Program-made: the position numbers and the translations under genes
Assembly: GCA_963677895.2 (NCBI GenBank)
Contig: CAXXGJ010000018.1
Coordinates: 256,001 to 320,000 of the forward strand
Direction: 5' to 3'
Length of the DNA stretch: 64,000 bases
DNA from: Treponemataceae bacterium
Lineage (GTDB): Bacteria; Spirochaetota; Spirochaetia; Treponematales; Rectinemataceae
Shown here: positions 1 to 10,456 of the stretch, in pieces
Numbering within the stretch: the first letter of the stretch is position 1
How the letters are laid out: every line of letters starts with the position of its first letter
Notes under the pieces: generated by a model
What the model saw: only the letters and a program-made list of their open reading frames with translations
Database searches by the model: none
What the model was told of the DNA's origin: nothing

Positions 1-842
1 CCGAGCTGGGCGAGGGAGTAGCCCGCGTCCAGGGAAAACGCGCCAAGCGTCCGGCAGAGGGACGCGGCCAGGAAGCCGAGCACGAACCAGGGAAATATCT
101 TCACGAAATTGAACGCGCCCCGCTTGCCCTCTGTGCCGCGCAATCTGCTCATGGCGAGGAAGAGCGTGATGGGAATGATCATGAGGGTGCGCGTGAGTTT
201 TACGATCGTGGCGTAACGTCCGGCCTCGTCGCCGTAGGAAAACGCGGCGGCCACCACCGATGAGGTATCGTTTATCGCCGTGCCCGCCCAGAGGCCGAAA
301 GCGTGCTGGTCCATGTTCATCATATGTCCCAACGCCGGGAAAATGAATACGGCGAGTATGTTGAAGATGAAGATCGTCGAGATGGAATAGGCTACTTCTT
401 CCTCGCTGGCTTCGATCACGGGAGCGGTCGCCGCGATGGCCGAACCGCCGCATATGGCCGTCCCTACGCCGATGAGCGTTTTCACCTTTGGATCGATCCC
501 CAGCCATTTGCCGACGAAGCGCGCGGCGAGGAATGCCGCCGCGAGCGTGAACGCCATGACGGCGAGCGATTCGCTTCCTACTTTGAGCACGACCGAAAGG
601 TCGAGACTGAAGCCGAGAAAGATGATCGAATACTGAAGCATTTTCTTCCCGGTGAAGCCGATGCCTTCCTCGAGATAAGCGGGGCGTTTGAAAAAGGAAA
701 GGGCCATGCCGAAAATGATCGCGAAAACAGGCGCCCCGATGAGGGGAACGATTTTCCCGAGGAACCAGGAAGGAAGCGCCAACGCCAGGGCGAGGAAGAT
801 CCCGGGGAAGGTCGCGATGATGCGCTTTGGTGTAGGTCTCAT
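1..842 (-). CDS. YeiH family putative sulfate exporter / membrane protein (3' end runs off the window)
   Basis: Absent from the ORF track. Manual translation gives MRPTPKRIIATFPGIFLALALA...GVGTAICGGSAIAATAPVI...GLWAGTAINDTSSVVAA...TIVKLTRTL, which are hallmark YeiH motifs. The ATG overlaps the ROK stop (ATGA). Confidence 0.88.
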   Translation of the reverse strand, partial: MRPTPKRIIATFPGIFLALALALPSWFLGKIVPLIGAPVFAIIFGMALSFFKRPAYLEEGIGFTGKKMLQYSIIFLGFSLDLSVVLKVGSESLAVMAFTLAAAFLAARFVGKWLGIDPKVKTLIGVGTAICGGSAIAATAPVIEASEEEVAYSISTIFIFNILAVFIFPALGHMMNMDQHAFGLWAGTAINDTSSVVAAAFSYGDEAGRYATIVKLTRTLMIIPITLFLAMSRLRGTEGKRGAFNFVKIFPWFVLGFLAASLCRTLGAFSLDAGYSLAQL

Positions 843-2062
843 CTGCGGCGCACCATAGAGGCGAGGGCGAGCTTGCGATCGAGCACGAGGCAGGCGCCGC
901 CCAAAGCGCCGACCGATTCGCCGAGGGCGCCGCGCTCGATCTTTACCGCGTTGAAGGCATGCGGCATCGCCCAACGCGCGGCGACCTTGCGTGTGTAGTC
1001 AATAAGCGGACTCTCGATCAGCCCGATCGGTCCGCCGATTATCACCTTGTCGGGATTGTACGTGGTCACGATATTCGCGATGGCGAGACCCAGCTGCGTG
1101 GATGCCTCGCGGACGCATTCGAGGGCGAGCGGATCGCCGGCGGCCGCGGCGAGGCAGACATCTTCGCCGCTGATCGATTCGCCGGCTTTTCCTCCGGCCG
1201 CCAGCTGCGACTTTCCCCCCTCGGTGATGAGCGCGATCGCCCTCCGCGACAGGGCGCTTCCCGATGCGTAGACATGGAGGCAGCCGCGTTTTCCGCAGGC
1301 GCAGACAGGCCCTTCCGTGTTCACGGTGACATGGCCGATTTCACCCGCGCTGAAGAAGGACCCGTGGACAAGCTCTCCGTCTATCATGATCGCGGCGCTG
1401 ATCCCCGTGCCTATGCCGATGTACACCATCTGGTGGACGGCCCTTCCTCCGCCGAAACGGGCTTCGGCCAGTCCGGCGCCTCTGTTTCTGTTGATGAGGA
1501 GAACCTTGGTCTTAAGCTTCTTTTCCACGAGATCGGCTACGCGGACATTTCGCCAGCCCAGGTCGTCGGCTCTGATGATGAGGCCGCGGTCACAGTCGAC
1601 GAGGCCGGGAGCGCCGACCCCGAAGGCCGGCAGCAGCTCGCCGCTGACGCCTTCTTTAAAATCGCTCAAGCCCCGCACGAGGCTGTCGAGGAAGGAGTCG
1701 GGGTCGGCGCCGGCGACCTTGAGCGAAGCGCTCCTCAGGATACGCCCCTTCAAGTCGGTTTCGACGAAGGACCAGTGCCCCGAATGGTATTCGGCGCCGA
1801 TCGCCCGCCATCTCGAATCGTCCAGGTCGAGGAGAATGCCCGGTCTTCCCCTGCCTTCGCGGAGCAGGTTCTTTTCCACGAGCAGATTGAGGCTAATCAG
1901 CCTCGATACGATCGTGGAGGCCGTGGTACGGCTCAGGCCCAGATGCCGGGCTATCGATGCCCGCGACTCCGCGGCGCGGTATTCTATCGCCTTCAGGACG
2001 GCGACAGTGTACTCGCCTTCGGGCAAGGCGTTGTAGTTCTCGGTTTCGGCGCGATTTTTCAT
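839..2062 (-). CDS. ROK family transcriptional regulator (XylR/NagC-like)
   Basis: N-terminal HTH (SRASIARHLGLSRTTASTIV), GRGRP linker, GIGTGI, and the zinc motif GEIGH...CACGKRGC. Confidence 0.93.
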   Translation of the reverse strand: MKNRAETENYNALPEGEYTVAVLKAIEYRAAESRASIARHLGLSRTTASTIVSRLISLNLLVEKNLLREGRGRPGILLDLDDSRWRAIGAEYHSGHWSFVETDLKGRILRSASLKVAGADPDSFLDSLVRGLSDFKEGVSGELLPAFGVGAPGLVDCDRGLIIRADDLGWRNVRVADLVEKKLKTKVLLINRNRGAGLAEARFGGGRAVHQMVYIGIGTGISAAIMIDGELVHGSFFSAGEIGHVTVNTEGPVCACGKRGCLHVYASGSALSRRAIALITEGGKSQLAAGGKAGESISGEDVCLAAAAGDPLALECVREASTQLGLAIANIVTTYNPDKVIIGGPIGLIESPLIDYTRKVAARWAMPHAFNAVKIERGALGESVGALGGACLVLDRKLALASMVRRR

Positions 2063-2104
2063 CGGTGCGTCTATAATACTATGAAAATTTAATTTGTACA
2101 GATA

Positions 2105-2145
2105 TTTGTAAAGAAACTTGACAAAATACAGACTCGTGGTATCGT
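2105..2145 (+). promoter_or_regulatory. Sigma70 promoter with an overlapping TTTGT-N11-ACAAA operator
   Basis: TTGACA at 2118-2123 and extended -10 TGnTATCGT at 2137-2145. The palindrome at 2105-2125 is 18/21 identical to the reverse complement of 11352-11372. Confidence 0.65.
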
Positions 2146-2151
2146 GAAGCT

Positions 2152-3561
2152 ATGGCATTCAACCGGGATATACGAGTGGAAGGGCTCTCTCTTTTCTATC
2201 TGCCCGTGAAGACCAGGATTCCCCTCAAGTTCGGCCCCGAGACGACGACGCACGCGACCTGCGCGCGGGTACGGATCGACGTTTCCTCGAGGCAGGGCCT
2301 TCATGCCGTGGGCTGGGGCGAGACCCCGCTCAGCGTCGCCTGGGTCTGGCCCTGCGAACTCTCCTATGATTCCCGCCTCGCCGCGATGCAGGAATTCTGC
2401 CTTCTCCTCGCCCGCGCCTGGAAAGATTTTCCCCTATGGGGTCATCCGATGGAGATCGGGCACGCATTCCTCCAGGAAAGCCTGTCAGTCTTATTCGGCG
2501 AGTTCAACGCGCGCCGAACCGCCCTGCGCCTCCCGGAAATGCCCTGGCTGGCCGCCCTCGTGTGTTCTGCCTCCTTCGATCTGGCCCTCTTCGACGCCTA
2601 TGGAAACCTCCATGGCCTTTCAGCCTTCGATACCCTCGGCCCCGAGTTCATGAATCATGAACTTTCATGGTTTTACGGTCCGGAACACGCGCCGCTTTTC
2701 AAGGACAAATATCCGGAAGATTTTCTCGTCCGGCCCGCGCCGCTTTCGCTGCCCGCCTGGCACCTCGTCGGCGGCAAGGATATCCTCACGGCGGAAGGAC
2801 TCAAGGGTTCGGAACCGGAGGACGGCTACCCCGTAATTCTTTCGGATTGGATCGCGCGGGACGGGCTTAAATGCCTGAAAATCAAGCTTACCGGCACCGA
2901 CGCCGAATGGGATTACGCGCGCATCCTCGATGTGGGACGCATGGCGATCAATTATGATGTCGACTGGCTCAGCACCGATTTCAACTGCACGGTGCTCGAT
3001 CCGGCCTACGTATGCCGGATTCTCGACAGGCTTCTTGTTGAAGAGCCGAGAATTTTCGCGATGATCCTCTATATCGAGCAGCCTTTCCCCTATGATCTCG
3101 AACGCAACCGTATCGACGCGCATTCGGTAAGCGCCCGCAAACCCCTTTTCATGGACGAAAGCGCCCACGACTGGAAATATCTCGCCTTGGGCAGGACGCT
3201 CGGATGGACGGGCGTCGCCCTCAAGACCTGCAAAACTTTTACCGGCGCGCTGCTCAGTCTTTGCTGGGCCAAGACGGCGGGCATGACGCTGATGGTTCAG
3301 GACCTGACCAATCCTATGCTCGCGCAGATTCCTCATATCCAGCTGGCCGCCCATGCCGGAACGATCATGGGCGTCGAGACGAATTCGATGCAGTTCTACC
3401 CCGATGCCTCGAAGCCCGAGGCCGCGGTCCATCCCGGCTTGTTCTCGAGGGTGGGCGGACGGGTGCGGCTCGATTCGATCGGACCGACGGGATTCGGTTA
3501 TAGAATCGACGAAATCTCGAGAATACTGCCTGACGCGGCCTGGGAAGGCGGCAGGGCATGA
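2152..3561 (+). CDS. Enolase superfamily (mandelate racemase / muconate lactonizing enzyme-like) protein
   Basis: KIK motif (CLKIKL); metal-ligand motifs TDFN, IEQP and MDES; ALKTCK; N-terminal capping domain with GWGETP. Confidence 0.82.
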   Translation: MAFNRDIRVEGLSLFYLPVKTRIPLKFGPETTTHATCARVRIDVSSRQGLHAVGWGETPLSVAWVWPCELSYDSRLAAMQEFCLLLARAWKDFPLWGHPMEIGHAFLQESLSVLFGEFNARRTALRLPEMPWLAALVCSASFDLALFDAYGNLHGLSAFDTLGPEFMNHELSWFYGPEHAPLFKDKYPEDFLVRPAPLSLPAWHLVGGKDILTAEGLKGSEPEDGYPVILSDWIARDGLKCLKIKLTGTDAEWDYARILDVGRMAINYDVDWLSTDFNCTVLDPAYVCRILDRLLVEEPRIFAMILYIEQPFPYDLERNRIDAHSVSARKPLFMDESAHDWKYLALGRTLGWTGVALKTCKTFTGALLSLCWAKTAGMTLMVQDLTNPMLAQIPHIQLAAHAGTIMGVETNSMQFYPDASKPEAAVHPGLFSRVGGRVRLDSIGPTGFGYRIDEISRILPDAAWEGGRA

Positions 3562-4349
3562 AAAAATCCGGATACTTCGCGGCGAAAGTCCTGCCGAGGC
3601 TGCTTTATATCGTACTGGCCATAGCTCTCTGGCAGGCGCTCATCATGATCTTCAAGGTGAAGGAATTCGTCGTTCCCTCGCCGATCGCGGTGTTCAAGAG
3701 CCTGTTTTCGGGAGAGCTGATCGCCGAGAATACCTGGGGCGTGCATATCAGGACGACGCTTACGGAAATAGCAGTCAGTTTCTTCCTTACGGCTGTCGTG
3801 GGATTCCTTCTCGCCCTCGTCATCTGCTGGTCCAGAATCCTGCGCGGCATTCTCATGCCGGTCATCGCCGTTCTGAATTCCCTGCCCAAAATAGCCCTGG
3901 CTCCGCTTTTCCTCATCTGGCTCGGCTATGGTTTCAAGGCCAATGTGACCATAGCGATCATCTGCGCCTTCTTTCCCATCGTGCTCAACACGACGATGGG
4001 GCTCGATTCCGTGGACGAGGATCTGCTCGACCTCGTCCGCTATCTGAACGCATCCAAACTGCAGGTGTTTCTCAAGATAAGGATCCCGAATTCGCTTCCC
4101 TATGTTTTTTCCGGTCTCAAAGTGAGCGCCACCATGGCGGTCGTGGGGGTGATTGTGGGCGAGTTCGTGGCTTCCAGCCAGGGCTTGGGCTTCCTGATCA
4201 AAGATTCCCAGGCCATGATGAATACGCCGCCCATGTTCGCGGCTCTCTTTCTCATATCGGGAATAGGCCTCGGCTTGTTCGCCTTCATCGGCTTTCTGGA
4301 ACGCGCGCTTATGCCCTGGAATATTGAGCGGACGGAGGGCAAGGCATGA
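3558..4349 (+). CDS. NitT/TauT family ABC transporter permease
   Basis: PSP motif, LPKIALAPLFLIWLG, EAA-like loop and IVGEF. Confidence 0.92.
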   Translation: MKKSGYFAAKVLPRLLYIVLAIALWQALIMIFKVKEFVVPSPIAVFKSLFSGELIAENTWGVHIRTTLTEIAVSFFLTAVVGFLLALVICWSRILRGILMPVIAVLNSLPKIALAPLFLIWLGYGFKANVTIAIICAFFPIVLNTTMGLDSVDEDLLDLVRYLNASKLQVFLKIRIPNSLPYVFSGLKVSATMAVVGVIVGEFVASSQGLGFLIKDSQAMMNTPPMFAALFLISGIGLGLFAFIGFLERALMPWNIERTEGKA

Positions 4350-5146
4350 AAAGTTCCAATTCGGCGAAGCTGAGTTCGCTCTGGGCGCGGCTCAAGACTC
4401 CGGCGGTCATCGTCGCCCTTCTCGTGATATGGGAACTCTGCGTGAGGATTTTCAAGGTCAAGGAATATATCCTTCCATCGCCCATCGTGGCGCTGAAGCA
4501 CCTTTTCCTTCCGCAGCCCGACGCGAACTACAGCTGGATCGTCCATATTCGCATAACGTTGATGGAACTCGCCATATCCTTCGTCGTCACCTCCATCCTC
4601 GGCATCGCGATCGCGATTGGCCTCGCGTGGAACGCGACCGTCAAGAAAATCGTCATGCCTGCCTTCGTATTCCTGAATTCGCTGCCCATCGTCGCGATAG
4701 CGCCACTCCTCGTCCTCTGGTTCGGCTACGGTTTGAAGACGAACATCCTGATCGCTTTTCTCGTATCCTTCTTCCCCATCGTGATCAACACGACGGTGGG
4801 GCTTTCCGAGATAGACGACGATCTTCTGGATCTCGTGAAGTACCTGAACGGTACGAAACTCCAGATATTCCTCAAGCTGAGAATACCCAATTCGCTTCCC
4901 TACATTTTCACGGGACTCAAGATAAGCTCCACGATGTGCGTCGTAGGGGCGATCGTCGGCGAGTTCGTCGCCTCGGACAGAGGCTTGGGCTACATCATCA
5001 TAAATTCCCAGTACACCATGGATTCGCCGCCGATTTTCGCGGGGCTCATGCTCGTGTCGCTGTTCGGCGTCGCGTTGTTCGGCATCGTGTCGGCTTTGGA
5101 AAGGCTTTGCATGCCCTGGCAATTCAGGGGTAGGAATAGTGACTGA
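4346..5146 (+). CDS. NitT/TauT family ABC transporter permease (paralogue of the preceding gene)
   Basis: LPSP, FFPIVINT, IPNSLPYIF and IVGEFVAS. Confidence 0.92.
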   Translation: MKSSNSAKLSSLWARLKTPAVIVALLVIWELCVRIFKVKEYILPSPIVALKHLFLPQPDANYSWIVHIRITLMELAISFVVTSILGIAIAIGLAWNATVKKIVMPAFVFLNSLPIVAIAPLLVLWFGYGLKTNILIAFLVSFFPIVINTTVGLSEIDDDLLDLVKYLNGTKLQIFLKLRIPNSLPYIFTGLKISSTMCVVGAIVGEFVASDRGLGYIIINSQYTMDSPPIFAGLMLVSLFGVALFGIVSALERLCMPWQFRGRNSD

Positions 5147-5218
5147 AGTCGGAACTTCGCTCGGGATCGCGTAAGCGGTCCCTCAGTATCTCAAGTTTTC
5201 GAATCTAGGAGGATTAAG

Positions 5219-6208
5219 ATGAGGAAACGTTTCGTCGCGACAATCGCCATTGCTTTCCTGGTCCTGGCGGGGGCATCGGCCCAGACGACCAAGATCAACT
5301 TCCAGCTGAACTGGAAAATCTCGGGCGACCATGCTCCCTACTATGTGGCCATGGAAAAGGGATGGTTCAAGGAAGAAGGCCTGGACGTGAATGTCATGAT
5401 CGGCCAGGGTTCGGGCTTCACCGTCCAAATGGTGGACGCCGGCAAGGCCCAAATCGGCATTTCCGACGCTCCCGTTCCCATCGAGGCCAGGGCGAAGGGC
5501 GCCAACATCAAGATCGTGGGCATAATTTTCGACAAGCACCCCAACTGCATGTTCTTCTGGAAAGATTCCGGCATCAAGGTCGCCCAGGATCTCAAGGGCA
5601 AGACGGTGGCCGTGCCCGCCTCGGACGGTCATAAAGTGATGTGGCCGGCTTTCGCGAAGCTCATCGGCCTCAACGCCAACGACGTCAAATTCATCAATAT
5701 CGAGCCGACGGCCAAACCGGCAGCCCTCGGATCGAGACAGGCCGATGTGGTATTCGAGCTTTTCACCGGCAAGCCCTTCATGGAAAAAGCGGTTCCGGCC
5801 GACCAGCTGGGATGGATCATCTGGGCCGACTATGGTTTCAACGCTTACGCGCACAGCTATATCGCCAACGAAGACTTCATGAAGAGCAACCCCGAGGCGC
5901 TGAAGAAATTCCTCAAGGTGTCCTATAGGGCATGGCAGTACACGCTCAACAACATCCCCGAGGCGATCAACATCCTTTCGAAGTATCATCCCATCAACAC
6001 AGATGACTTCGTCGCCAATCTCACCGCCGTCAAGGAATTCTTCAAGACCGACCGCTACAAGAACAACGGCATCGGCTACATCGATCCGTCGAGGATGCTG
6101 GATACCATCAATATCGTCAAGGAAAAGGGCCTGGCCATGAATCCGGATCCGAATTACTATTATTCTTCGGCTTTCCTTCCCAGCCCGCCGTATAAGTTCA
6201 ACTTCTGA
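5219..6208 (+). CDS. ABC substrate-binding protein, NMT1/THI5-SsuA-like
   Basis: Signal peptide, LNW..GDHAPYYVA.EKGWFKEEGLDV and DLKGKTVA. Confidence 0.9.
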   Translation: MRKRFVATIAIAFLVLAGASAQTTKINFQLNWKISGDHAPYYVAMEKGWFKEEGLDVNVMIGQGSGFTVQMVDAGKAQIGISDAPVPIEARAKGANIKIVGIIFDKHPNCMFFWKDSGIKVAQDLKGKTVAVPASDGHKVMWPAFAKLIGLNANDVKFINIEPTAKPAALGSRQADVVFELFTGKPFMEKAVPADQLGWIIWADYGFNAYAHSYIANEDFMKSNPEALKKFLKVSYRAWQYTLNNIPEAINILSKYHPINTDDFVANLTAVKEFFKTDRYKNNGIGYIDPSRMLDTINIVKEKGLAMNPDPNYYYSSAFLPSPPYKFNF

Positions 6209-6227
6209 TTTTCATCGCCGAAGGAGA

Positions 6228-6285
6228 GAGCCGAGGCGGCCAGCGATAGCTGGCCGCCCCCGCCCGGCTCGATTTTTCGGTTTTA
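6228..6285 (+). terminator. Intercistronic GC-rich stem-loop with T tail after the binding-protein gene
   Basis: GGCGGCCAGC-GATA-GCTGGCCGCC inside GAGCCG...CGGCTC, followed by T-rich sequence. Confidence 0.55.
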
Positions 6286-6308
6286 TTCACGGATAAGGTG
6301 GCCAAACG

Positions 6309-7076
<768 letters not shown>

Positions 7077-7090
7077 CAGGAGGCTTTTCG

Positions 7091-8134
7091 ATGGATCAGG
7101 AAGGAAGATACTGCGTGGGAATCAGGGGGGCGGGACAGGTCGCGAACCAGCATGCCGCCGCCATTCTCGCCAATCCGAAACTGCGTCTGGCGGCCGTCTG
7201 CTCGCGTTCGCGCTCGAGCTCGGAAAAGCTGGCCCGTGAATGGGCTTCGGCGGGGAAGGGCGGCGCCCCTATCGTCATCTACGATCGTTACGAGGACCTT
7301 CTCGCCGACGACACTGTCGATATCGTTTCCGAATGCATGCCGAACTACCTGCACGCGAGCGAAGGCGCCCTCGCCTTCGAGGCGGGGAAGCATCTCATCC
7401 TGGAGAAGCCGGCCGGAATCGGCCGCGAAGAGCTGAACGCGCTTCGCGACGCCGCCAGGCGTTCGGGACGCAAGAGTGTCGTGAGTTTCGTCCTGCGCTG
7501 GCACCCCCTCATCGCGAACCTGAAAAGCCTTCTCGACGCCTCGGCCATCGGTGAGGTCTACTACGCGGAATTCGACTACTGGCATGGGATAAAGCCGACA
7601 TTTTCCAGCTATAGCTGGATACGCCGCAAGGAATTCGCGGGCGGAGCCATGATAACGGGCGGCTGCCACGCGGCCGATCTCGCCCGCTACCTTCACGGCG
7701 AGATCGATGAGGTGTCCGCGTATTCCACCAAGGCCCGCGACGATTTCGATTATCCGACCACCATTGTGTCGGCCGTGAAATTCGCCGATGGGTCGGTGGG
7801 GAAACTTTCAGTGTCGCTGGATGGCCTCTGCTTCCCCTATCAGTTCAATATCGACCTGCTCGGCACGAAGGGCGCGTTGCGCGACAACAGAATTTATTCC
7901 AAGGAACTTTTCCCTTCGCAGAAAGATTTCGTCGTCCTCCCCTGCGACACGCCGAATTCCGGCTCGGTGGAGCATCATCCATTCAAGCAGGAGATCGACA
8001 ATCTCGTCGAATGCATCGAGACGGGCGCTCCCGTGCTCTCCGATGTCGAAGACGCGTGCAAATCGATGGAGGTGGCGCTCGCCATAACGGAATCCGCGGC
8101 GACAGGGCAGTCCGTCAAGATTACACGGAGCTGA
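7091..8134 (+). CDS. Gfo/Idh/MocA family oxidoreductase
   Basis: GAGQVA Rossmann motif, GKHLILEKP and GGAM...CHAAD. Confidence 0.9.
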   Translation: MDQEGRYCVGIRGAGQVANQHAAAILANPKLRLAAVCSRSRSSSEKLAREWASAGKGGAPIVIYDRYEDLLADDTVDIVSECMPNYLHASEGALAFEAGKHLILEKPAGIGREELNALRDAARRSGRKSVVSFVLRWHPLIANLKSLLDASAIGEVYYAEFDYWHGIKPTFSSYSWIRRKEFAGGAMITGGCHAADLARYLHGEIDEVSAYSTKARDDFDYPTTIVSAVKFADGSVGKLSVSLDGLCFPYQFNIDLLGTKGALRDNRIYSKELFPSQKDFVVLPCDTPNSGSVEHHPFKQEIDNLVECIETGAPVLSDVEDACKSMEVALAITESAATGQSVKITRS

Positions 8135-8150
8135 AGACATGGAGGAAGCC

Positions 8151-8927
8151 ATGGAGAATTTCCCCGCGCCTGTCGGACGCCGCATAGACAGAATGACGTC
8201 GCCGCGGTTCGCGGAAGCGCTGGAACGCTGCGATACCCTCATTCTTCCATTGGGATCGGTGGAGCAGACGGGAAAGCATTGCCCCCTCGGCACTGATCTA
8301 TTCGTGGCCGAAGCCGTTTCGGAGCTGCTGGCGGGAAAGGCCGACTGCCTCACGACAGCCCCCATTCCTTATGGCGACACCTTCGAGCTGGATTTCTGGC
8401 CTGGAACGGTCCATGTGGAATCGCCCGTGCTGGGTTCCTACCTGGAAGCCGTCGCGCGGTCCTTCCTCAAGCAGGGATTCGCTAATATCGTTTTTCTCAG
8501 CTGCCATTCCCTCAACATGAAGACGGTGGATCTGCTCTGCCGCCGCCTGCACCGGGAAGGCCATGGCGTCTGCGCGATAGACTGGTGGAAGGCGGCGGGC
8601 GACGCGGCCAGGGGCGGCACCGCTTCGACCGAGCCTTTCGGCCACGGCGGGGAAGTGATCAGTTCCATTATGATGGCCTTGGCCCCCGAACTTATGGATC
8701 TGGACAGCGCTGAAGACGAGTCTTCCCTGCCCGGTCTGGCGCAGGTGGCGGCCCATCCCCTCGGCTCGGCTTTCGTGGCCTATGGGGATTTCAAGGATTA
8801 TTGCGTGACAGGTGCCTGGGGCGAGGTTAGGGATACCGTCTCCGCCGAAAAGGGAAAGAAGTGGCTCGCGAAAGCCCTCTACGCTTCGGCCGACTTCATA
8901 CGCGAATGGCGCAATAGCGGCAGCTGA
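8151..8927 (+). CDS. Creatininase / mycofactocin peptidase family protein with an atypical metal site
   Basis: LPLGSVEQTGKHCPLGTD, IPYG...PGT and HGGE. GGAGG at 8141 favours ATG 8151; the alternative is 8139. Confidence 0.85.
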   Translation: MENFPAPVGRRIDRMTSPRFAEALERCDTLILPLGSVEQTGKHCPLGTDLFVAEAVSELLAGKADCLTTAPIPYGDTFELDFWPGTVHVESPVLGSYLEAVARSFLKQGFANIVFLSCHSLNMKTVDLLCRRLHREGHGVCAIDWWKAAGDAARGGTASTEPFGHGGEVISSIMMALAPELMDLDSAEDESSLPGLAQVAAHPLGSAFVAYGDFKDYCVTGAWGEVRDTVSAEKGKKWLAKALYASADFIREWRNSGS

Positions 8928-9010
8928 TTTCCGCCTGGAAAGAATAGGCGGAAAGCGGAAAGCTTGGCGTGGAGCGCGCGGCACGGGGCGCTTGGCGCGG
9001 ACAACATAAG

Positions 9011-9047
9011 AAAAGGGCTGACCACGATCGTGGCCAGCCCTTTCTTT
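9011..9047. terminator. Bidirectional intrinsic terminator
   Basis: AAAAGGGCTG-A-CCACG-AT-CGTGG-C-CAGCCCTTTCTTT between convergent genes. Confidence 0.75.
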
Positions 9048-9077
9048 ATTGCGGTCTCTATTCTCGGAATAGGCGCT

Positions 9078-10262
9078 TTATTTTATCGTCATATACTTGG
9101 AAGGAATCGCTACCTGGTTCATGCCCATGGCGCCTTTGCCGAAGGCGTAGCTGTCCTGGTATACGAGAAGGAAATTGCGCATGCGGACCTGGGTGGACGC
9201 GTCCTTGTAGGCCGTGCTGTTCCAGTCGACGCCGGGGGAGAATTGCGCGAGGGAACTCATGACATCGGCGCTGTTGCCCAGTCTGGCTTTTTTCTCGACC
9301 GTTCTCTTCGCGAACTCGCCGAGACCGGCCACGATGCAGTAGCCCGAGGGATAGGGCCATGTGACGAGGCGGCCGCTGGCGCCCTTGGCCACGACCGTCT
9401 GTTCGATCTTGGCGAGAATGGCTTTCCAGTTGCCCTTTTCCTTGCTCAGGTCGACGCCGAAGGCTCCCGCGTAGCCCTGGAGCGGGGAGTCGGTCTGGAC
9501 ATAGAGGCCGCCGAGCTCGGCGATGCGCTTGAGGAGCGGTTCGACATGGGCGTTGTTGGTGCTGAAGAAGGCGGTGTTCTTGCCGTATTTTTCGAGCCAC
9601 ATCGGGACTTTCTCCAGGATGAACTGCTGGGCGCCGGGTACACCCACTTCGCTGGTCGGATCCGGAGCGGTCTCGAAGGCGAATTTGAGTCCGAGGTCCT
9701 TGCAGGCCTGCTCCATTATCATGCGTCGGCGTCCGAGGAGCTCGTAGCTCATGTGGCGAGGGAAGGAGATGTGTACGTAGGTGTCGGCACCCAACTTCTT
9801 GGCCACCAGAGGCATGATGTAGCCCATGGAAAGCGTGTCCGAATTGATGCAGAGATCGGTCACCGCCGCTATGACGGCGGGGTCTTCCTGCGGCTCTCCG
9901 GCGAAGCAAAGGATGTCGGGGCGCTTCTGCTTGACTCTGCGGAAAGCTTCGGCCGTGCCAGGCACCGCTTCCACGACGACGATAGCCTTCATGAGGGGAT
10001 CGTCGCTGAGACCGACGATCTGCGATATGACCGTTTCCATTTCCGAGCTGAAATTGTCCGGATAGGTGATGTGCTGGATCATTCCGCCTTTCTGCGCGCT
10101 TCCATAAAGGCTTATCAGCGCCTCGGCTCCCCTGATCACGTCTTCGCCCTGGGAAACCGTGCCGGTCACGATACCAATGTGAAAGTCTCCCGCGGCGAAA
10201 AGGGGCACGAGGGCGGCGCCGAAGGCCATGAAAGCCAGCAGCGCGAACTTCAGTTTTCTCAT
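9078..10262 (-). CDS. DUF3798 domain periplasmic binding-like protein
   Basis: Signal peptide MRKLKFALLAF; HIGIVTGTVSQGED, TYPDNF, HISFPRHMSY and APDPTS. GGAGG lies upstream of the ATG at 10262. Confidence 0.85.
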   Translation of the reverse strand: MRKLKFALLAFMAFGAALVPLFAAGDFHIGIVTGTVSQGEDVIRGAEALISLYGSAQKGGMIQHITYPDNFSSEMETVISQIVGLSDDPLMKAIVVVEAVPGTAEAFRRVKQKRPDILCFAGEPQEDPAVIAAVTDLCINSDTLSMGYIMPLVAKKLGADTYVHISFPRHMSYELLGRRRMIMEQACKDLGLKFAFETAPDPTSEVGVPGAQQFILEKVPMWLEKYGKNTAFFSTNNAHVEPLLKRIAELGGLYVQTDSPLQGYAGAFGVDLSKEKGNWKAILAKIEQTVVAKGASGRLVTWPYPSGYCIVAGLGEFAKRTVEKKARLGNSADVMSSLAQFSPGVDWNSTAYKDASTQVRMRNFLLVYQDSYAFGKGAMGMNQVAIPSKYMTIK

Positions 10263-10456
10263 ACAGCGAACCTCCTGGATTCTGGATACGGCCTTAAGTA
10301 TATACCTGAAAGCCGTGAAGCGCGAGGCTTGGCGAAGCGGATTTATTCGCTTCGCCAAAGCCCTGTTTCAGAGGACGTTCTTGCGGCGATGCATTTATCT
10401 TGACGGGCAGGGAGCGCGCGCCTAAACTTCCATCACCAACCCCAAGGGAGAATAAC

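Noticed and set aside
303..998. 231-aa plus-strand ORF
   Set aside because: Antisense to the YeiH gene, which shows clear family motifs on the minus strand.
8964..10403. 479-aa plus-strand ORF
   Set aside because: Shadow of the DUF3798 gene, and it runs through a terminator.
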